DNA from: a virus
Taxonomy: Duplodnaviria; Caudoviricetes
IMG/VR virus record: IMGVR_UViG_3300012232_000033
Coordinates: 1 to 34,512 of that record
Direction: 5' to 3' (one strand)
DNA: 34,512 nt
Positions 9,259 to 18,200 of the stretch are shown piece after piece (the stretch's first letter is position 1; each line of letters opens with the position of its first letter). The notes beneath the pieces are model-generated. The model ran no database searches. It was given only the letters and a program-made list of their open reading frames with translations, and was not told where the DNA came from. The position numbers and the translations under genes were made by a program.

Positions 9259-11171
9259 TAGTTGGCGTTAAATCCTCCGAGGAACGGCACCGCCGACTCC
9301 TCTAACTGTTTTTGCGCGCGCATGGTAGCAACCGCCGTGGCTAACTTGTCCGCGCACGCCTGGGAGATTTTACTTTCCGCAGTCCCGCTCCCAACGACCG
9401 AAACATCTCCGCTGCTAAGTGACACAGAATCATTACCAGTAAAGACGGCATCTATTTCCTGTAAAATATCGAGGACTTCCTCCACGTCTCCGGCCGCGTC
9501 TGCTCCGTCGAACCTCGACGCCCTCTCGTTTTCTTCGTCCTCCTCGCACTTGCCTGCGGGCTTTTCCACCTCGGGGCCGAAGAACATTTTCACGGCTCGG
9601 ACGGAGCCCGGTCCGTTGACCATGACGCAAAGGCGGAAACCGGTATCGATCCACTCCTCCCGGTCGGACTCCACACCGCAACTCGTAAACTCATCTGGCG
9701 AGCTCCCTTTTTGATCTGTGGTCCGCGTTAAGCGTGTTTGCTTTTTCAAAGCGAACTCGTTCTGATCGAAACGCACACTTCGGTTCCCGATACTCCCACG
9801 TAGAGCCCGGATTCGCTTGGTCATCACTTCCTTGAATCGCCCTCGGGCTGACCCGGCCCAGCCGACCTTAAGGTCGACAACGTCCGATAACTCGGACAAA
9901 TAGAGGTCTGCGTAGCGGAACTGCTTCGGAGCAAGTTGCCCGCTTGTGTAAGCCCTCGTTTCGAACGTCCAGGTAATCGGAACTCCGTTGTCCAGCCGGG
10001 CGGGACGAAAGCCCTCCCACACCCGGTTAGTTCCGTCTTCATCGACGGACGCGCAGAATATCTTCGGCGCGCCGTCAATTTCCCCAACCACCCACTCGAC
10101 TGGACGAATTCCCGTCCAGTAAGAATTCCAGGATCGCGTGCTTTCGTCTCGGCACCAGGTATGCCTGTTGTAAATGTCAGTGTACGGCACGCTGACAAGG
10201 ACGTAATTTTCAAAAGCCGCCGAGGCAATTCCTGACAGGTCGGGAGCCAATCGCCCTTTTGAATACGCCATCCCGTGGTCGAGGTACTGAATCGCGGAGT
10301 CCACGTTGATACTTAGCGCGGCGTTTAGGTTTATGAAACCGTACTGCGAAAACCACCAAAGCACACCGTTCCCGGCCACGATGGAGCGATGAGCCACGCA
10401 CCCGATGGTGGGCAGGATTACCTGCTGGAAATTTGAAATGCTGCTCCACAAAGAGGCGTTGCGAACCCCGGATAAAAATCTCGTGGTCGTGTTGCTGCTG
10501 AACACAAGCAGGACGGGCTGATCCGTGCTGGGGAGCTCTCCCATGCCGGTTACGTCCCCAGGGAGGACGAAGGAGCCGATGTTTCCGATGTATAAACCTT
10601 CCTCGTACCCGAACGGATTTCCGATATCGGACTTGAAAACCCGATTTTCTCGTGCGACCCACAATCGGTCACCACTCCACTTCATGTGTGTGCCGAGCGG
10701 GATGTCCCTCGTGTGTTCGCCCTCAGCGCCATCCCAGAAAGCAGGAGGTGACTTGCCATCCTGGATAACGAGTACCGTTTTCGGTACGATCAAGGTGAGG
10801 GAGCCATCTTCATTCAGTTCTACGGACTGCACCGCTTGCTCCCAATACACGTAGGGCGCATAGGGGGAAAATTCTATTCCTTCAATCTGCTTGTATGTTT
10901 TGAAAGGGCTGGTCGAGACGTACAATGCTCCATCGACAACTGCGAGCTGTTGCGGCGCACCCCCCGTGGGTGTGAAAAGCCTGAAGCCCTGCAACTTCCC
11001 TTCGGGGAGGTTGTACAGGCTGTCAAAGCCGGGCCGGCACTGAACATGCCCACCTCTATTCACTGTATTCATGCTGCGACAATAGGAACCAGGCGGCAGG
11101 ATTTCTGGGTCATCGCCCGAGAGCATCCCTACCGGAAAACCGGTATCCCCGTCTGAAAACTTGTTGTCCAC
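9258..11171 (-). CDS. Tail nozzle / tail tubular protein B (P22 gp10-like stabilization protein)
   Basis: 637 aa, beta-rich (RLWVAREN, GDVTGM, IGCVAHRSIV, WTFETRAY, KQFRYADL). GTG start with upstream AAGGAAA. Follows the adaptor. Confidence 0.75.
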   Translation of the reverse strand: MDNKFSDGDTGFPVGMLSGDDPEILPPGSYCRSMNTVNRGGHVQCRPGFDSLYNLPEGKLQGFRLFTPTGGAPQQLAVVDGALYVSTSPFKTYKQIEGIEFSPYAPYVYWEQAVQSVELNEDGSLTLIVPKTVLVIQDGKSPPAFWDGAEGEHTRDIPLGTHMKWSGDRLWVARENRVFKSDIGNPFGYEEGLYIGNIGSFVLPGDVTGMGELPSTDQPVLLVFSSNTTTRFLSGVRNASLWSSISNFQQVILPTIGCVAHRSIVAGNGVLWWFSQYGFINLNAALSINVDSAIQYLDHGMAYSKGRLAPDLSGIASAAFENYVLVSVPYTDIYNRHTWCRDESTRSWNSYWTGIRPVEWVVGEIDGAPKIFCASVDEDGTNRVWEGFRPARLDNGVPITWTFETRAYTSGQLAPKQFRYADLYLSELSDVVDLKVGWAGSARGRFKEVMTKRIRALRGSIGNRSVRFDQNEFALKKQTRLTRTTDQKGSSPDEFTSCGVESDREEWIDTGFRLCVMVNGPGSVRAVKMFFGPEVEKPAGKCEEDEENERASRFDGADAAGDVEEVLDILQEIDAVFTGNDSVSLSSGDVSVVGSGTAESKISQACADKLATAVATMRAQKQLEESAVPFLGGFNAN

Positions 11172-11194
11172 CTTTCCTTTGCTAGTTTCCTTTA

Positions 11195-12145
11195 TTAGTC
11201 CACGTCGTCGAATCTGTCGACCAGGCTAATGGAATCGTTCACCTGCAAAGGTGATGTAACCGGTGATTGCTGCGACCAGATAGCCTCTGTCAACAGCCGA
11301 CGCGCGTGCGCCTCGTATTCCGCCCCGCCCACGATGTCCTTGTCGTCGTACTGGACGAGAGCGCGCAGCATCATGAAAAGCGGAACCCGGCTCGGGAGCG
11401 GGATCAAATCAGTCTCGGACTTTATGCTATAGACCCGTTTCTTATACCCGATGCGGACCCACTCGGCTTCGTGTCCAAGCTTGATGCGTCGATACATGGG
11501 ATCGGTCTCGTCCCATTCATAAATGCCCAGGAGTGTGCCGGAAGCGTCGTCGTTGTCGTAGGAGGCGAGCCGTACGTCGTCTACGAACTCGACTTTTCTT
11601 ACGCGCGTTACCCGAGTGAAAGTGGGTGCGCCGTCGTCAGGTACGGCTACCCCGAAGATGGTCGGGACTTGATAGCCGTTGACCCACAGGCCGGCAGCGT
11701 TTTGGGAGCGGACCCATTTCTGGTTTTCGTCATACCCATAGACCCAGAGCTCCTTGTTCTCGTCCTCTTCGCTGGCGAGAAAAGCCACCAGTTTGGTGGG
11801 GGCGACGAGATCTCGGTAGAGCGGGGACCAAGGCTGGTCGCTCCATTCCCATGCGATACGCCCCCCGGTATCTCCGGGGCCGTTCAAATGAAAACTGAAA
11901 AACTGGTCTCTTCCAATCGCCGGCCGGCCGGCGATATTTACCGCCAAGACCGTTTCTACTTCACGCGGGAGCGTCACACACTGCGAATCGACGCAGATGT
12001 CGAGGTAGCCGAGAAGCGGGTCGAAATCGCCGCTGTGGGAAAGGACTTCGACAGCCTGGCTAATCCGCTCGAACATGTGATCTTCATCACATGCTCCGAG
12101 GATCTTGCGGACCTCAGTCTTTATGTCTACAACCTGGTAGGGCAT
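11195..12145 (-). CDS. Head-tail adaptor / tail tubular protein A
   Basis: 316 aa with terminal helices flanking a beta domain (VTLPREVETVLAV); immediately upstream of the nozzle. Confidence 0.7.
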   Translation of the reverse strand: MPYQVVDIKTEVRKILGACDEDHMFERISQAVEVLSHSGDFDPLLGYLDICVDSQCVTLPREVETVLAVNIAGRPAIGRDQFFSFHLNGPGDTGGRIAWEWSDQPWSPLYRDLVAPTKLVAFLASEEDENKELWVYGYDENQKWVRSQNAAGLWVNGYQVPTIFGVAVPDDGAPTFTRVTRVRKVEFVDDVRLASYDNDDASGTLLGIYEWDETDPMYRRIKLGHEAEWVRIGYKKRVYSIKSETDLIPLPSRVPLFMMLRALVQYDDKDIVGGAEYEAHARRLLTEAIWSQQSPVTSPLQVNDSISLVDRFDDVD

Positions 12146-14007
12146 TACAAATCTTTGACTTTAACAACCTGCTTGAAACCACCGCATCCCCGAGCCTTGG
12201 ACTGGGTAGCGGAAGAGGAGCAATGTCCTCTTATAACTATCGCGTTGGGGAGGCCCGTTGGAGGCAAAAATCGGTTAGCATTTTTTAACCCCCCTCCGGC
12301 CCCGAATACGATCTGGACGGTGCCCGAAATACCCTCTACGGAGACGTTTATAGCCGACGTGAAGGTGCCAAAAACAAGGGCTATTTCCGCTTCCAGGTCA
12401 CCCGAACCCGGCAAGGTGCCTGCGGTGCCAAAAACGATGCCCGCGGGCACTACAGACGCCGTTAAGGCTCCGCTGGCTGGCAGCGCCCCCGCTGTGCCAA
12501 AAACGATGCCTGCGGTACCGGGGGGTAGGTTTCCGGCACCGGAGGGCACGCCCTCGACACCAAAAACAAGCGCGACCACAGCTTCCAGATCACCCTCGGC
12601 GGCTAATCCCGCATCAACTCCCGCAACTCCGAATACCAAGGCAGCAGTTCCCCCCAGACTTGTAGGGCCGGATAGGTCGCCGGAGGAGCCAAAAACTAGG
12701 GCGGCTTCGCCTATAGTGGCTCCGTCTCCCGAAAGTGTAGCAGCGTTACCAAAAACCAACGCGACGGCCCCTCCTAACAGTCCGCCACCTTCCAGAAATG
12801 GAGCGGGCGTGCCGAAAAGGATTGTCCGGTCTCCGACCAACGCAAGGTTTCCCGCACCCCCCACAGTGCCGGTTTCGGAGAACACCAACTGAACGGTCCC
12901 GACGATGGGGGCGAACCCCATGAGCGTTCCCGTACCCGCACTGAAAACCAGCGGGAGTGTACCCGGCAGTGCCGCATCCCCGCGCAGCGTCCCGGTGTCG
13001 CCGAAAACGAGGGCCATACTACCCACGGCTGCGCGCGTCCCCCCGAGCGCCCCACTAACCGAAAAAACAATTTCCCCACCACCCTCGATGTTCGGGATCT
13101 CGGGAACCTCGGTGAACATCAAGTACTGAAGCTCTCCGCCGTCCAACCCCGCAGTGAAACGTAGTGTGGTTTCCCCGTCCAACTCCAGGATTATTAGTTC
13201 ATAGTCGCCGTCAACTAGGGGAACAAACTGGAACTCATCGGTATTCCCATTGGCAGCGGCAAAAAAATAACCGAGGGTATTAACGGTTTGGCCGGCAACG
13301 GAACGGTCGCTAACGACTTCCCCGAGTTCCCCGCCCATGTTACCGGTACTGCCCGCCATGCGTGCCCAGCAGTGGTAACGCCCGGCCGGAAAAGTCCGAG
13401 TGTAGTTAAACCAGTCGGTGGCGGGATCTAAACCGGATATTTTGTAGTCAGTGGCAACGGAAAACCCCCGCTCCGAGCCCACTCCGTTTACGTTCTCGTC
13501 ATCATGTGCAGCGAAGGAAACTCCCGTCCCAACGCGGTATAGATCCGCAGCCGCACCGCTGCTATTGAAGTCGACTGTCTCGGTCGATGTTTTTCCGACG
13601 TAGAGCCCCTGGGCGTTTATGGAATGGCCGAAGGAGGGGTTCGAGGGGAAATACTGCCCGGCCTCGGTGTTGAAGTCCTCCGCCTCGATCCAATAAGGCG
13701 GGCCGGCGAAGGTGTGGTCTATCCACTCCGGTCCCTGGCGGAACTCTGCGCTGTAATCGAGGGGGCCGACACCGTCGTCCCACTGAACATAAACAGTGTG
13801 ATTGCGTCCAGGGAAGCCGGGGACATTGTATTCAAGAACAAGGTCCCCACCCGAAAAGTAGGTGGAGGTATCCGGGAGGATGTCCCCGCCGTCGAGTTCG
13901 AGGGCTAATGCGCTCGAAACCGGAGCGGGTATTACTATTTGAAGTAACGGCGCGTACGGATTCGGCCAATCATTGTTGATCGGCGGTGAAACCGATGGGT
14001 CGGGCAT
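12145..14007 (-). CDS. Fibre-like protein with CBM6/35-like carbohydrate-binding domain and G-x-x-x-(L/I)VF(G/S) repeats
   Basis: WIEAEDFN...WFNYTRTFPAGRYHCWARMAG...LQYLMF, then more than 10 imperfect repeats of about 19-20 aa, then a Cys-containing C-terminus. Confidence 0.65.
   Translation of the reverse strand: MPDPSVSPPINNDWPNPYAPLLQIVIPAPVSSALALELDGGDILPDTSTYFSGGDLVLEYNVPGFPGRNHTVYVQWDDGVGPLDYSAEFRQGPEWIDHTFAGPPYWIEAEDFNTEAGQYFPSNPSFGHSINAQGLYVGKTSTETVDFNSSGAAADLYRVGTGVSFAAHDDENVNGVGSERGFSVATDYKISGLDPATDWFNYTRTFPAGRYHCWARMAGSTGNMGGELGEVVSDRSVAGQTVNTLGYFFAAANGNTDEFQFVPLVDGDYELIILELDGETTLRFTAGLDGGELQYLMFTEVPEIPNIEGGGEIVFSVSGALGGTRAAVGSMALVFGDTGTLRGDAALPGTLPLVFSAGTGTLMGFAPIVGTVQLVFSETGTVGGAGNLALVGDRTILFGTPAPFLEGGGLLGGAVALVFGNAATLSGDGATIGEAALVFGSSGDLSGPTSLGGTAALVFGVAGVDAGLAAEGDLEAVVALVFGVEGVPSGAGNLPPGTAGIVFGTAGALPASGALTASVVPAGIVFGTAGTLPGSGDLEAEIALVFGTFTSAINVSVEGISGTVQIVFGAGGGLKNANRFLPPTGLPNAIVIRGHCSSSATQSKARGCGGFKQVVKVKDL
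12290..13080 (-). repeat. Imperfect protein-level tandem repeats (about 19-20 aa, 'LVFG/IVFG')
   Basis: Recurring ALVFG/LVFS/IVFG units in the translation. Boundaries approximate. Confidence 0.75.
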
Positions 14008-14010
14008 TTA

Positions 14011-14463
14011 CTAGTCGCAAGTAACGGTCAAAGCCCCGATAGCGAAGCTGGGGGTGATGCCCGAGCTTACTGCCAAACTTGCCGACAATGCGCCTTTCAA
14101 TAGGAGATTCCCCGCCGTAGTCGCCGCTGTTCCAATGCCGAAATGAGTAATGGTGCTGGTCGACCCCGTGCAGGCCGGAAAAGTAGTGGCGGCAACGTTG
14201 CTTCCGGTGGGGGAGGCCCCGCTGGATACTGCCCAAGCGCCCGCTGAACGGGCCACGGCCACGCGCGCGTAAGACGTATATCCCGTCTCGCTGGTGGTCT
14301 GGTTCCCGGTCTCGCCGGGATCGGCGGTGTGGAGCGAAATGTAAAGACTGCCGGCTGTCGAGCTGCCGCGGAGTCCCGTGGCGTCGCCGACATTGGCGAG
14401 GTCTACATTTTGCAGGATAAGTTTTAGGACGTTTTCTTCAAACGCATTTGTGGCTGCACTCAT
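14011..14463 (-). CDS. Minor tail/fibre-associated protein (LYISLHTADPG family)
   Basis: LYISLHTADPGE...SYARVAV...TITHFGI...GITPSFAIGALTVT matches a widespread small virion protein that precedes repeat fibres. Confidence 0.75.
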   Translation of the reverse strand: MSAATNAFEENVLKLILQNVDLANVGDATGLRGSSTAGSLYISLHTADPGETGNQTTSETGYTSYARVAVARSAGAWAVSSGASPTGSNVAATTFPACTGSTSTITHFGIGTAATTAGNLLLKGALSASLAVSSGITPSFAIGALTVTCD

Positions 14464-14476
14464 AGTTAACTACGGA

Positions 14477-14737
14477 CTACTTTTGTTTCGCGAAATAATA
14501 CGCGGTGGCCGCGATGGCCAGGGAATAGAACGGCTCCCCAATCGTGGTGAGCGTTCCCAAAAGAGCGAGGTCTCGGGTGAGGACTGCGTAGACGCAGACC
14601 GCGACGGTGACCAGCATGTGTGTGGCCACTACACCACCCACTGCGATAAGGGCCAGCCAGGCGCGGACGGAGACGCCTCCGATGGAGGAGTCCGGTTTAG
14701 GGTCAGGTTTCGGAATTAGAGTTGTATCTTCGGTCAT
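14477..14737 (-). CDS. Holin-like small membrane protein
   Basis: 86 aa with two or more hydrophobic segments, ending YYFAKQK. Confidence 0.55.
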   Translation of the reverse strand: MTEDTTLIPKPDPKPDSSIGGVSVRAWLALIAVGGVVATHMLVTVAVCVYAVLTRDLALLGTLTTIGEPFYSLAIAATAYYFAKQK

Positions 14738-14739
14738 AG

Positions 14740-17388
14740 CTAAGGCAATCGCTGTATCTGCCCCACGTTCAGGTTGATGGTGTTGACGGTTCCGGCCACT
14801 CCCCCGCCGCCCCCTTCTTCACCGCCGCCCGATGCGGCCAGGTTCACAACGTAAGTGCTCGCCGGGCTGCTGTTCGTCCTCCCAAACGAAATCACGTCCG
14901 TCACCCCGTCGTAAACGACTTGCACAGTGTCATCGCTAATCCTCGTGAACGATGGAGCCGACACCCCCGGTTGCTGTGGCACAATCACAGACAGGAAAGA
15001 GAAATTCGTTGTTGGCGTTCCGTTGGAATACCACATCACATCCTGGTTGCGGTTCGGGTCGCTGGAGTCTGAGCGCCATACGCCAGTCACCGGGTTCCGC
15101 AGCACATTGGTTCCCGTCATGTTCGTGAAACTCAGCCCGCTCACCGAATGAAAAACATGATTCGTGATGTGGATGCCGAGCCGGTTGGTCGCTGTGTATC
15201 GAAAGCCCGTCGCGCTCGCGCTGGCCACCGTATCCAGCAGCACATGCCACACCCACTGAAAGGTCGCGTTCGTCTGCGTGCGGAACGTGTCGTAAAGCGC
15301 GAAGTATTTCCGGTGCGGAAACAGCACCTCCCGCGTTACGGTGCGAGTGTTGCCCTTCGTGTTGACAGCGTAAGTGTTCGTGAAACACCCGCTCAAATCC
15401 CCGGCGCAATAAGTGAAGTCAGAATGATTGGTGTAAGCCGTGATGCGGGCGTAATAGGGCAGGGCTGGTTGCGTCCCGTAGAGCGTATAAGTCTCGTTCA
15501 CCTGCTCCCCGTAGCCATCCACCAAAAGCGAGTCCTGCGAATCCGGGTAATAGGCGTAGGTGACAAGGTTCCACCCGCCGCCTTCATTCAGCTTCGTGCC
15601 GTAAGCCCAAGGCTCAAACGCCCCATCGCAATTCAGCGAGTGCCCGCCCTCAGTCCCTCGCGGCCTCGCGCAGAACACAAAGCCCACCCCGTTCGTGAAG
15701 GCATCAATCGCATTGGCCGGTTTGCTGGATGCAATCACCCACCCATCCTCATTGAACAGCTTCGCGCTTGTGTTCGTTGTCGGCGCGGGCGGGGGCCAGA
15801 TGTAATACGACTGCGCCATTTCATACCAATAAATCTCGCCGCTATAGGCCGGACTCAGGGCAACTTGATTGGTGTAGTGCAGCCATGTGTCTCCGTCCTG
15901 CGTGAACAGCGCCAAGTCCCGGCCCAGTTTCGGGTTTGCCCATGTATCAGCCCCCACTGCTCCATCCCCCCAGGGGTCGTGCATTTGCCAGAAACCCGGA
16001 GGCAGCATTCTGGAAAACCAATCACCAAATCCGTTTAGCCACGGAATCCGGTGAAACTGAAGCTCCGGAAACACGTTGCCGTAATTGGCGATTGTCCACA
16101 GGTGCGAAAACTGCGGGAATGTTAGCGATGAGTAGCCGCGCCCCTGGTTGATCGCTTCAAAGCCACCCGTGAAATGTCCCCGCGCAATCGTCCAGTTCAA
16201 CCATTGATCGAATAACTCCCTTACGTCGCCGCCCTCTTGATAGAAAGCGAGCGCCAGCGTTCCTATTGCTGCCGAGTCGATATTCTGGTGTGACGTGCCG
16301 AGCTTGGGTGTGTTTGGAGCCGTGGCCAATCGCGGCGAGGTATACCCGCCAGAATAATCAAAAATCCACTGGCCGTTATTGGTTGGCTGCGTCCACATCG
16401 CGTTACGGTTATAAAACCGCGCCACCCGTTGAGCCGCAAAAATCGCGTTCGTCTTGTTGGGCGTGGACAGGTGCGGATACAGCCAGTCGAAACCCAGCGC
16501 CAGATTGTTCACTGACCATGGCATGTCTCCGTAGCCGAAATCCTGAAACTCCAAATGCACTCCGATGAACCACTGCACGAAGCGATTGTAATTCGAGAGC
16601 AAATTCGGGAGGTAGCCAGCGTCATTCGTCATCGCGAAATACGTCAGCACCGGCCCAAAACTCGCCATCCTAATGCTAATGTCTGGGTCGAGCGCAAAGG
16701 CGGGTGTAGTCGGCCATGCCCCGGTATAGTTGGTGTCCCAGGCCGCCGCATTGGTCCACCATGTCGCGTTGGTGGCATTGTCCCGCCGAACAATGAAAGT
16801 GGCGTAATCGCTTGGCCGGTTCGTCTGCGTGAAAGTGAAAGCGTTCGTCCGGGTCGCTGCCGTCAGCAAAATGTAGGGGTGCGTTTTGGTGAGATAGGTT
16901 TCATTGGTCATCATTGACCGATCCCAATTCGTAGCCGTTGCCGAGAGATAAAACGTGTTGGTGACACTGGTGAAATTGGTCAGTCCATTTGTCCCCACGT
17001 AATGCACCTTCCAATAGATAGGGCCGGCAAACGGTGTCCCGTTCGCGTTGGTGATAGGGGCGAAACGATTCTCCATGTTGGAGAGTGTCCGCTTGCTCAC
17101 CAGATGGTGGCTGAATCCACTGTTGGTGGAAACCTCCACTTGGAACTCCCAAAAGGTGAGGTCAGCAATGGAGGTAAGCAGGTTAGTGCCGTAGCTCCAT
17201 GAAAAGATGGGTGGGTTCAGGCTATTGGTCGTTCCTTCTCCGGGGCGAAGATTCACAGTCCCGGAATACGCGGCATCAGCAGGAAACGACACAAACGAGC
17301 CGGAGTTGATGTGTGTAGCGGCGTTTGCCACCACAGATACCATTAACAGCAATGACAGCAATGACAGCAATGACAGCAGGAAGCGCAT
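14740..17388 (-). CDS. Secreted heparinase II/III-like polysaccharide lyase
   Basis: Signal peptide MRFLLSLLSLLSLLLMVSVVANA; Ig-like NPPIFSW domain; HPYILLT; LALGFDWLY; QGRGY; PWGD; GHSLNCDGAF; REVLF...YD...FQWVWH beta-domain. Matches heparinase II/III (alpha-toroid plus beta-sandwich) architecture. Confidence 0.75.
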   Translation of the reverse strand: MRFLLSLLSLLSLLLMVSVVANAATHINSGSFVSFPADAAYSGTVNLRPGEGTTNSLNPPIFSWSYGTNLLTSIADLTFWEFQVEVSTNSGFSHHLVSKRTLSNMENRFAPITNANGTPFAGPIYWKVHYVGTNGLTNFTSVTNTFYLSATATNWDRSMMTNETYLTKTHPYILLTAATRTNAFTFTQTNRPSDYATFIVRRDNATNATWWTNAAAWDTNYTGAWPTTPAFALDPDISIRMASFGPVLTYFAMTNDAGYLPNLLSNYNRFVQWFIGVHLEFQDFGYGDMPWSVNNLALGFDWLYPHLSTPNKTNAIFAAQRVARFYNRNAMWTQPTNNGQWIFDYSGGYTSPRLATAPNTPKLGTSHQNIDSAAIGTLALAFYQEGGDVRELFDQWLNWTIARGHFTGGFEAINQGRGYSSLTFPQFSHLWTIANYGNVFPELQFHRIPWLNGFGDWFSRMLPPGFWQMHDPWGDGAVGADTWANPKLGRDLALFTQDGDTWLHYTNQVALSPAYSGEIYWYEMAQSYYIWPPPAPTTNTSAKLFNEDGWVIASSKPANAIDAFTNGVGFVFCARPRGTEGGHSLNCDGAFEPWAYGTKLNEGGGWNLVTYAYYPDSQDSLLVDGYGEQVNETYTLYGTQPALPYYARITAYTNHSDFTYCAGDLSGCFTNTYAVNTKGNTRTVTREVLFPHRKYFALYDTFRTQTNATFQWVWHVLLDTVASASATGFRYTATNRLGIHITNHVFHSVSGLSFTNMTGTNVLRNPVTGVWRSDSSDPNRNQDVMWYSNGTPTTNFSFLSVIVPQQPGVSAPSFTRISDDTVQVVYDGVTDVISFGRTNSSPASTYVVNLAASGGGEEGGGGGVAGTVNTINLNVGQIQRLP
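17346..17378. repeat. 9-bp tandem repeat ACAGCAATG (about 3.7 copies) encoding LLS units of the signal peptide
   Basis: acagcaatg acagcaatg acagcaatg acagca read directly. Confidence 0.9.
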
Positions 17389-18200
17389 CAGTAAATCGCG
17401 AAACGAGAATTAATCAGGTTCCTCACGGTGTCCCTGTCCGTCGAATTTAAAGCCGTGTCAAAGGAGATGAAACAGGCGATCCATCCATTTACGAATTGGA
17501 CCGGCGGGTTAGAGTCTAAGCCACCATAGCAGCCTAGTGAAAATATGCCATTCCCGTTCGAGCCCGAGCCGGGGTCGGTCGTGTTTTCCGTCCCGTCGTT
17601 CCTTCTCAGGACGGAAGACGCACCGTTAAATACCATCGTTATGATATGCCAGTCGGTAGTTACCCCGAATGCAAAGGGCACTCCGCCGCCTGCATGGGCG
17701 TCTGTCTCACCGCCGTCGGCCACCACATAAATACGTTGCAGGTTTCCGCTCCCGCCGCTGTCAAAATCAGTTATGGTTTGAGTCCCTGAAGTGGACCGCT
17801 GTTTCAGCACTATAAAGATTGTTTTCGGTTGGTCTCTCTTGATGGTCGTGCTCGTCCTGAAAATATCATTCGCGCCGTCAAATGAAATCGCCGTGTGCCC
17901 GTTGATAACGCTGTTCGTTACATACGGCGCTCCGTTGTTGGTCAGGTTGTAACCATTAGGCGTTCGGTCGATCCACACGTTCAATTCCGCGCCATTGTTC
18001 GATGAAGAATGCGTGCCCCCGTGATAGAACTGGAAAATCCCATTTGTGAAGGTCAACCAGTCGATGCCACCCGCACCCCCACCCGCCGCTGCATTGGTCC
18101 GCATGAACGCCGGGTCACGCATGGTCATCTTGCGCAAGGGGCCAATCTGGCCCGAGCAGGTCAGCGCCGTCAGCAATACAATGAGGGCAGTCCTATTCAT
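17388..18200 (-). CDS. Secreted LamG/concanavalin-A-like lectin-domain protein
   Basis: Signal peptide MNRTALIVLLTALTCSG, Gly linker, WIDRTPNGYNL, INGHTAISFDGAND, TIFIVLK, WHIIT, ALNSTDRDTV. Confidence 0.75.
   Translation of the reverse strand: MNRTALIVLLTALTCSGQIGPLRKMTMRDPAFMRTNAAAGGGAGGIDWLTFTNGIFQFYHGGTHSSSNNGAELNVWIDRTPNGYNLTNNGAPYVTNSVINGHTAISFDGANDIFRTSTTIKRDQPKTIFIVLKQRSTSGTQTITDFDSGGSGNLQRIYVVADGGETDAHAGGGVPFAFGVTTDWHIITMVFNGASSVLRRNDGTENTTDPGSGSNGNGIFSLGCYGGLDSNPPVQFVNGWIACFISFDTALNSTDRDTVRNLINSRFAIY

Noticed and set aside
11267-12892. 541-aa plus-strand ORF, and other long plus-strand ORFs such as 1007-1696, 15148-16038, 25515-26414 and 26641-27474
   Set aside because: Antisense shadows of well-supported minus-strand genes, with no recognisable motifs; expected in GC-rich, codon-biased DNA.
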